Below, in pieces: positions 25,674-32,000 of a stretch of 32,000 bases of DNA. Below the pieces are notes generated by a model, which was not told the DNA's origin, did no database searches, and saw only the letters and a list, made by a program, of their open reading frames with translations. The first letter of the stretch is position 1, and each line of letters starts with the position of its first letter. The position numbers and the translations under genes are program-made. Source of the stretch: Prochlorococcus marinus subsp. pastoris str. CCMP1986 (lineage in GTDB: Bacteria; Cyanobacteriota; Cyanobacteriia; PCC-6307; Cyanobiaceae); assembly GCF_000011465.1 (NCBI RefSeq), contig NC_005072.1:750001-782000 (forward strand), given 5' to 3'.

Positions 25674-25796
25674 TTATTTAGAAAAAGATCGAATCGTATT
25701 AGAAGGGACTTTTATTGGAACTAAAGATTTACCGTAGTGTGATTCGGCTGATCTCATCAGTAACCAGTAAAAGAAATTTACTAAAGCAGTCTCCAC
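25674..25796 (-). CDS. micro-ORF B (40 aa, GTG start), paralogue of micro-ORF A
   Basis: (M)ETALVNFFYWLLMRSAESHYGKSLVPIKVPSNTIRSFSK. There is a stop (TAA) two codons upstream of the GTG. Confidence 0.45.
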   Translation of the reverse strand: METALVNFFYWLLMRSAESHYGKSLVPIKVPSNTIRSFSK

Positions 25797-26365
25797 AAGG
25801 ATTTAGTAACTGACCTAAGAAACCTTATTCGAAGTGTATTAGCAATATACAAAACTCTAATATCAAGCAATCAAGACATTTGTATCAGTATGAACTATTT
25901 AGTTACTTAAACAAATCATTATTACTCAAACACATAAAACTAATTAATGATAAACAATAACAAATTAATAAAATATTAAATTTAAGTGGAAATAAATTTC
26001 CTCTAGGTTGTTGTTAAACATAGCTATCTGTATTTTGGTATTTGTTATTTAGATTTTTTTACCAAGCTTTTTGTAATAGTTAATTAATAGATGTCTTTAA
26101 TTTTCTTACTAATTCCTTACCTCTCTTGGTTAAAAAAGTCAGTCTCTTCTCCTATCAGCAGGATCTTCCATTTTTGATATAAGTCCTATTCCAGAGACTT
26201 CCCTCTTAGTCTATAAGCAGATAACCAATCTGTATTTCTGCTAAAACTAGCTTTGTCCATTTTAGTTATCATTTTCAGGGTTTTTGAGTGTACTAGCTTC
26301 CTTCCTATTCCATTACTTTCCGATTCGTGATAACTAAGTTATTACCCCAAACCTATTGCAAGCAC

Positions 26366-26388
26366 AAAAAAACCCGTCTATGACGGGC
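26366..26388 (-). terminator. rho-independent terminator of the tRNA gene
   Basis: The minus strand reads GCCCGTC-ATA-GACGGG followed by TTTTTTT, starting 8 nt after the tRNA CCA end. Confidence 0.7.
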
Positions 26389-26395
26389 TTCTCAT

Positions 26396-26472
<77 letters not shown>

Positions 26473-26517
26473 ATACATACATAGCATACATCTGAACGGG
26501 TTCTTTTTTATATATTT

Positions 26518-27483
26518 TTAGGATTCTTGGAATTTTAATTGACCTTTTACTTCAATTTGAACCCCTTCAGGTAATTTTATGATCTTGTCCTCTATATCTT
26601 GTATTCTTAATTCGGAAATCCATTCTAGTTGTTTCAAAATATGTAGACCCACAGATTGTTTTGCTCTTTTTGATCCGTCTTCAACTTTTAAAGCTAAACC
26701 CATTCCTTCATTTACTTTACAAAAACACTGTATTCCTTCTGCTCCTCCCTTGCTTATTACATGCCCATGTGATGCTTGTATAACCTCCGTATCAAATCTA
26801 TTGTGGTCGCTTATCATTGTTGGATTAATTGTCATCGCTCTACTTATTTGCTCTAATTCAGCATTATCTGAACTACTTAATAATGAATATAATTTTGCCA
26901 TTTCGAGTATTTTCATATATAGAGTTGGAGCTCCACAGTCATCTCTCTCTGCGTATATCTGCTCCAATGGGATTTCAAGAAGTTCCGATATTATCCTAAA
27001 GATTTCTACTTGTAGAGGGTGATCTCCCTTTAAATAAGTTTCTAACGGCCAATTTAATTTTTTACATGTTGCTAGAAATGCTGCATGCTTACCAGAACAA
27101 TTATGTTCTAAGGGACTTGTTTTTTTTATGGGACATTTGAGATTATGTATGTCTATATTGTATTCCCACAAAATTTTAAAAGCTTCTCTTGCATGTAATT
27201 TAGATCCACTGTGAGATCCACAGGATAAGGCAATTGACTTTGATGAATTCTTGATTTTTGATGAAGCTCCACTACTCACAAATGGAATTGCTTGAAAAGG
27301 CTTTAAGGCAGATCTTATGAAGCTTTTATATTCTGGATTACCAGCACACATTAACACTCTTCCTTTTTTATCACTAATTACTGCATGTACTTTGTGAATC
27401 GATTCTAGTTTTGAACCTCTCATTAATATCATCTCTAATGGAGGATTATTTGATGTGTATAAATTTTTAAAATTAGAACTCAT
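26518..27483 (-). CDS. L-asparaginase II family protein (Rhizobium-type, PF06089-like)
   Basis: Motifs SALKPFQAIPF, CGSHSG, CSGKHAAFLA and ISKGGAEG. Start preferred at ATG 27483 (MSSNFKN...), 2 nt after the ycf36 stop, rather than at the track start 27519. Confidence 0.75.
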   Translation of the reverse strand: MSSNFKNLYTSNNPPLEMILMRGSKLESIHKVHAVISDKKGRVLMCAGNPEYKSFIRSALKPFQAIPFVSSGASSKIKNSSKSIALSCGSHSGSKLHAREAFKILWEYNIDIHNLKCPIKKTSPLEHNCSGKHAAFLATCKKLNWPLETYLKGDHPLQVEIFRIISELLEIPLEQIYAERDDCGAPTLYMKILEMAKLYSLLSSSDNAELEQISRAMTINPTMISDHNRFDTEVIQASHGHVISKGGAEGIQCFCKVNEGMGLALKVEDGSKRAKQSVGLHILKQLEWISELRIQDIEDKIIKLPEGVQIEVKGQLKFQES

Positions 27484-27484
27484 T

Positions 27485-27982
27485 TTAGAGATTATTGTTT
27501 TGAAATAGTAAAATTCCAATTAAAGCAAAGATAATAATAATAGATAAAATTTGAATTAAATTTTTTAAAATTGGTTTTACTTCTAGTGATGCTATTAACG
27601 ATTCTTTTTCTCTTAATTTAATTGGTTTGATCCATATTTGTCCGTCATACCATCCTGATTCTTCATATTCCACTTTTTCAGAAGTTAATCTTTTGAATAT
27701 ATGATTCCAACCTAGATATAACCTTATAGAGAAAAGAAATGGCAATGATAAACTACTAAAAAAGCTTAATAAAATGTACCTTAATGTAGAAGTTTCAAAA
27801 TATACACTCCCTGAAGAAATTACAACAAATATAAAAAATGTTCCGATCCAAAACTTTAGTAAAATAAATGAAAAAGCTTTCTTTGATTTTGGCCAAGTAA
27901 ATATTTTAGATTTTGATAATTCGATAAATTCATTTGTAGGCTGTTGATCTTTTGGAACTGGGCAGTTAAATTGATTCATCAA
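27485..27982 (-). CDS. ycf36: Ycf36 (DUF1230) membrane protein
   Basis: The N-terminal CPVPKDQQPTNEF motif is typical of Ycf36. It is followed by two hydrophobic helices and WYDGQIW. Confidence 0.75.
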   Translation of the reverse strand: MMNQFNCPVPKDQQPTNEFIELSKSKIFTWPKSKKAFSFILLKFWIGTFFIFVVISSGSVYFETSTLRYILLSFFSSLSLPFLFSIRLYLGWNHIFKRLTSEKVEYEESGWYDGQIWIKPIKLREKESLIASLEVKPILKNLIQILSIIIIFALIGILLFQNNNL

Positions 27983-27988
27983 TATTTA

Positions 27989-28333
27989 TTATGGAAAATT
28001 GAGGTCATCTCCATTACTCCAAAATGATTCAAGGTCGTAGAACTTTCTTATTTCGGGTTGAAAAATATTTACTATTAAATCACCATAATCAAGTAGGGCC
28101 CATTTTGCTTCGCTAACTCCCTCTTTTCTAATTGGTTCAATCTTTGCTTTTTCTCTAAGTTCTATCTCAACAGAATTAGTAATTGATCTAACTTGAACAT
28201 CTGATAAGCCTTCAGCAATAAGTATCCACTCACTAATGTATGAAACTTTGTCAATTTTAATCAATTTTATCTCTTGGGCCTTTTTTATATCACAGGCTTT
28301 GGCAGCCATTAAAACTAACAATTTATTGTCCAT
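27989..28333 (-). CDS. rsfS: ribosome silencing factor RsfS (iojap-like)
   Basis: SEWILIAEGLSDVQVRSI ... KWALLDYGDLIVNIF is the RsfS signature. ATG 28333 avoids overlap with the upstream ORF, whereas the track start 28405 overlaps it by 83 nt. Confidence 0.8.
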   Translation of the reverse strand: MDNKLLVLMAAKACDIKKAQEIKLIKIDKVSYISEWILIAEGLSDVQVRSITNSVEIELREKAKIEPIRKEGVSEAKWALLDYGDLIVNIFQPEIRKFYDLESFWSNGDDLNFP

Positions 28334-28961
28334 AAACGTTTTCACTTGAAACTGATTTGTCTGAACCCTCTTGTTGTGATAATTCTGACCTAGCTTTTTC
28401 AGCACTTTTTCTTAATGCTTCTAATCTGTCTTCAAATATTATTCTTTTTTTCTTTTTTCTAGTTTTTTCTATTAGCTCTTTTAAAGCCCCGCCAAGGCTT
28501 TTATAAGCATTTGGGATACTATACCCAAATCTACAGGCAAGGTCTATGGCTCTTTCATCTGCAAAAATAGCATCTTGTAATCTTTTCTCAGAATTATTTT
28601 TTATGTAAAGTCTATATCCTGCAAAACCTGATAAGCCAAGAGCAAGTATTAAAAGTAATCCATCTTGTACCCATAGTTCACCTATCGCTCCACCAAGGCC
28701 TATTGCTAAAGCTGCCATTTCCCATCCGTCCCGTGGAATTGCATCATTTTGAATCTTTCCTACTTCATGCCAAAACAATAAATTTCTATGATCAATCGCA
28801 TAATTATCCCATTCTTCTAAATCTATTTGAATTTCAACTTCGTCACGACCAATTTCCTCTAAAGCAATCAATGGAGGATCAATGGCGGCGGCAGCTTCAA
28901 TAAAAACCCAACTTTCATTCTCTGGAGGCAACAAACTTTTAAGTCGCTGAAGTTCGCTCAT
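28323..28961 (-). CDS. conserved hypothetical membrane protein
   Basis: 212-aa ORF with two central hydrophobic helices (MAALAIGLGGAIGELWV, LLLILALGLSGFAGY) and a basic C-terminal region. Confidence 0.5.
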   Translation of the reverse strand: MSELQRLKSLLPPENESWVFIEAAAAIDPPLIALEEIGRDEVEIQIDLEEWDNYAIDHRNLLFWHEVGKIQNDAIPRDGWEMAALAIGLGGAIGELWVQDGLLLILALGLSGFAGYRLYIKNNSEKRLQDAIFADERAIDLACRFGYSIPNAYKSLGGALKELIEKTRKKKKRIIFEDRLEALRKSAEKARSELSQQEGSDKSVSSENVYGQ

Positions 28962-29069
28962 AAATTATGTTTTATTATCAATACTATAGAAACAAATGTT
29001 GCTTTTCAAGTAACTTGATTAACAACTGATGATTTGTAAGTAGCATTAAATAAATGAATTTTTCTAATT

Positions 29070-32000
29070 ATGCCTCAAAGAGGTGATCTTAAAAGAATCC
29101 TAATTCTTGGTTCAGGTCCAATTGTTATAGGACAAGCATGTGAATTTGATTATTCAGGTACTCAAGCTTGTAAAGCTTTAAGAAAAGCTGGATATGAAAT
29201 TGTTTTAGTTAATTCTAATCCAGCTTCAATAATGACTGATCCTGAAATTGCAAATAAAACCTATATTGAACCTTTGACTCCAGAAATAGTTTCTCAAATA
29301 ATTTTAAAGGAAAAACCTGATGCGATTCTTCCTACAATGGGTGGTCAGACTGCCTTGAATCTGGCTGTAAAACTATCTGAATCTGATTTTTTGACAAATA
29401 ATAATGTTGAATTGATAGGAGCTGATTTAAAAGCTATTAACAAGGCTGAAGATAGAAAACTATTCAAAGAATCGATGGAAAATATTAATGTAAATGTATG
29501 TCCTTCGGGGATTGCTTCTGATTTATTCGAAGCTAGAGAAGTATCTAAGCAAATAAATTCTTACCCGTTAATCATAAGACCAGCTTTTACTTTAGGTGGA
29601 GTTGGAGGAGGTATAGCATACAACCTTGAAGAATTTAATGATCTTTGCAAATCTGGTTTAGATGAGAGTCCAAGTAATCAAATCTTAATTGAAAAATCTT
29701 TAATAGGTTGGAAAGAGTTTGAATTAGAAGTTATGAGAGATACAGCTGATAATGTTGTTATAATTTGCAGTATTGAAAATTTGGATCCTATGGGTGTCCA
29801 CACTGGGGACTCAATTACAGTGGCACCTGCTCAAACGTTAACTGACAGAGAATATCAAAGACTTAGAGATTTATCTTTAAAAATAATAAGAGAGGTAGGT
29901 GTTGAAACAGGAGGAAGTAATATACAATTTGCGGTAAATCCAAAAAATGGTGATGTAATAGTTATTGAGATGAACCCAAGGGTAAGTAGATCCTCTGCAT
30001 TAGCTAGTAAAGCTACAGGCTTCCCCATAGCTAAGATTGCGGCTTTATTATCTGTTGGGTACACACTTGATGAAATTATTAATGATATTACTAAAAAAAC
30101 GCCTGCATGCTTTGAACCCTCAATTGATTACGTTGTAACAAAGGTACCAAGATTTGCTTTTGAAAAGTTTAAAGGTTCCTCAAATATTTTAAATACATCA
30201 ATGAAATCTGTTGGAGAATCAATGGCAATTGGCCGATCTTTTGAAGAATCTTTTCAAAAAGCTTTGAGATCTTTAGAAATTGGTATTTTCGGTTGGGAGT
30301 GTGATTCTATTGAAGATTTTAACAACGATAATGATTTAAAGAATAATTTACAAAACCCAACTGCTGAAAGAATATTAATAGTTAAAAAAGCAATGGAATC
30401 TGGTAAGACTAATTCATATATTAATGAAATAACGAATATAGATTTGTGGTTTATTGAGAAGTTACGAAATATTTTTAATTTTCAGAATGAATTTTTAAAA
30501 GGGAATGAACTTACTCGAATTGATAGAGATTTAATGTTAAATGCAAAGCAATTGGGCTTTTCAGATCAACAGATTGCAAAATTAACTAACTCTGAATTTT
30601 TTGAAGTGAGAAATTATCGAAAAAAATTGAAAGTTTTGCCACTTTACAAAACTGTGGATACTTGCTCAGCTGAATTTTCATCTGAAACTCCTTACCATTA
30701 TTCAAGCTATGAAGAAGCTTTTTTACACAATAATTTAAATATAAATGATAATGAAATTTCTGCCGATAATCATAAGCATTTAAAAAAAATTATGATATTG
30801 GGAGGTGGACCTAATAGAATTGGCCAAGGTATTGAATTTGATTATTGTTGCTGTCATGCCTCGTATCAAGCTTCAAGTAATGGTTATCAAACGATAATGG
30901 TTAATAGCAATCCTGAAACTGTTTCAACCGATTATGATACAAGCGATATTTTATATTTTGAGCCTGTTACTTTGGAAGATGTTCTCAATATAATTGAAGC
31001 TGAAAATCCATATGGATTGATAGTTCAATTTGGAGGACAGACACCTCTTAAGTTGTCTTTGCCTTTATCCAATTGGTTGGAGTCTTATGAAGGTATTAAA
31101 TGTAAATCAAAAATTCTTGGAACATCTCCTCATTCAATTGACATAGCTGAAGATAGAGAAGAATTCACAAAGATTCTTGAAGAATTAAATATAAGACAAC
31201 CGCTCAATGGAATAGCACGTAATGAAAAAGAGGCAATGTTAGTTGCAAATAATATAGGATTCCCTTTAGTCGTAAGGCCCTCTTATGTCTTAGGTGGAAG
31301 AGCTATGGAAATAGTTAAAGATAAAAATGATTTATCTCGATATATAAAAGAGGCCGTTAAAGTTTCACCAGATCATCCGATTCTTTTGGATCAATATTTA
31401 AGTAATGCAATAGAAATTGATGTTGATGCGTTATGTGATAAAACCGGTTCGGTTGTTATCGCAGGTCTTATGGAGCATGTTGAACCTGCAGGAATCCATT
31501 CTGGTGATTCTGCTTGTTGCCTACCTTCAATTTCTTTATCCCAAGAAACAATAGAAACTGTTAAAAAGTGGACAAAATTAATTGCAAATAGATTAAATGT
31601 TGTTGGCTTAATTAATCTACAATTTGCAATTAGAAATCATAGTAATGAAGAAAATCAATTATTTATTCTTGAGGCTAATCCACGAGCATCAAGAACTATA
31701 CCTTTTGTTTCTAAAGCTATCGGTAAACCTGTTGCGAAATTGGCGACTCAATTAATGCAAGGATCCTCTTTAAAAGATATAAATTTTACTAAGGAACTAA
31801 TACCTAAATATCAAGCGGTTAAGGAAGCTGTTTTACCTTTCAAAAGGTTTCCTGGATCTGATGCTTTACTTGGCCCTGAGATGCGTTCAACAGGTGAAGT
31901 AATGGGATTGGCCGATAATTTTGGCCTGGCATATGCAAAATCTGAATTGGCTGCTGGAAATGGCGTCCCTTCTGAGGGTGTTGCTTTTTTATCTACTAAT
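29070..32000 (+). CDS. carB: carbamoyl-phosphate synthase large subunit (partial; continues past the right edge)
   Basis: Absent from the ORF track because there is no stop in the window. ATG 29070 gives [60 protein letters not shown] second ATP-grasp repeat follows ([26 protein letters not shown]). The frame is open for 977 codons. Confidence 0.95.
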   Translation, partial: MPQRGDLKRILILGSGPIVIGQACEFDYSGTQACKALRKAGYEIVLVNSNPASIMTDPEIANKTYIEPLTPEIVSQIILKEKPDAILPTMGGQTALNLAVKLSESDFLTNNNVELIGADLKAINKAEDRKLFKESMENINVNVCPSGIASDLFEAREVSKQINSYPLIIRPAFTLGGVGGGIAYNLEEFNDLCKSGLDESPSNQILIEKSLIGWKEFELEVMRDTADNVVIICSIENLDPMGVHTGDSITVAPAQTLTDREYQRLRDLSLKIIREVGVETGGSNIQFAVNPKNGDVIVIEMNPRVSRSSALASKATGFPIAKIAALLSVGYTLDEIINDITKKTPACFEPSIDYVVTKVPRFAFEKFKGSSNILNTSMKSVGESMAIGRSFEESFQKALRSLEIGIFGWECDSIEDFNNDNDLKNNLQNPTAERILIVKKAMESGKTNSYINEITNIDLWFIEKLRNIFNFQNEFLKGNELTRIDRDLMLNAKQLGFSDQQIAKLTNSEFFEVRNYRKKLKVLPLYKTVDTCSAEFSSETPYHYSSYEEAFLHNNLNINDNEISADNHKHLKKIMILGGGPNRIGQGIEFDYCCCHASYQASSNGYQTIMVNSNPETVSTDYDTSDILYFEPVTLEDVLNIIEAENPYGLIVQFGGQTPLKLSLPLSNWLESYEGIKCKSKILGTSPHSIDIAEDREEFTKILEELNIRQPLNGIARNEKEAMLVANNIGFPLVVRPSYVLGGRAMEIVKDKNDLSRYIKEAVKVSPDHPILLDQYLSNAIEIDVDALCDKTGSVVIAGLMEHVEPAGIHSGDSACCLPSISLSQETIETVKKWTKLIANRLNVVGLINLQFAIRNHSNEENQLFILEANPRASRTIPFVSKAIGKPVAKLATQLMQGSSLKDINFTKELIPKYQAVKEAVLPFKRFPGSDALLGPEMRSTGEVMGLADNFGLAYAKSELAAGNGVPSEGVAFLSTN

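Noticed and set aside
26579-27022. 147-aa plus-strand ORF
   Set aside because: It is antisense within the asparaginase II gene, which carries several family motifs.
27989-28405. Long (138-aa) start for rsfS, and similarly the 27519 start for asparaginase
   Set aside because: Both long versions overlap the upstream gene substantially. Internal ATGs at 28333 and 27483 give family-typical N-termini and tight non-overlapping spacing.
28703-28903. 66-aa plus-strand ORF
   Set aside because: It is antisense within the 212-aa minus-strand gene.
29855-30064. 69-aa minus-strand ORF
   Set aside because: It is antisense within carB.

Overview
The window looks like chromosome from a very AT-rich, streamlined marine picocyanobacterium, most like a high-light-adapted Prochlorococcus. 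This is inferred from composition and gene content: tandem hli genes, ycf36, a PAO-like Rieske oxygenase and tightly packed or overlapping genes. There are three parts. (1) 1-17.0 kb is a conserved housekeeping backbone (proB, HAD phosphatase, ruvX, hisA, pgsA, nth and others). It ends in an iron-themed neighbourhood: an FbpC/PotA-type ABC ATPase, ferritin, a Crp/Fnr regulator with near-consensus Fur boxes, a small zinc-ribbon protein, a second orphan ABC ATPase and a Rieske oxygenase. (2) About 17.9-26.4 kb looks like a hypervariable genomic island. It holds many short orphan ORFs, several below the ORF-track threshold and mostly single-helix membrane peptides. It also holds a ribbon-helix-helix gene flanked by an 11-bp inverted repeat, a four-gene translationally coupled hli operon with its own terminator, an overlapping three-gene cassette and a 1.3-kb ORF-poor tract. 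That tract contains two paralogous micro-ORFs with a codon-level signature of selection. The island abuts the 3' end of an initiator tRNA-Met. (3) 26.5-32 kb returns to core genes (asparaginase II, ycf36, rsfS, carB partial). I saw no CRISPR array, rRNA, transposase or intact integrase. The best leads are the micro-ORF pair, the Fur-box/Crp/zinc-ribbon divergent promoter, the RHH module and the architecture of the hli operon. All functional calls come from motif recognition by eye, with no database search.
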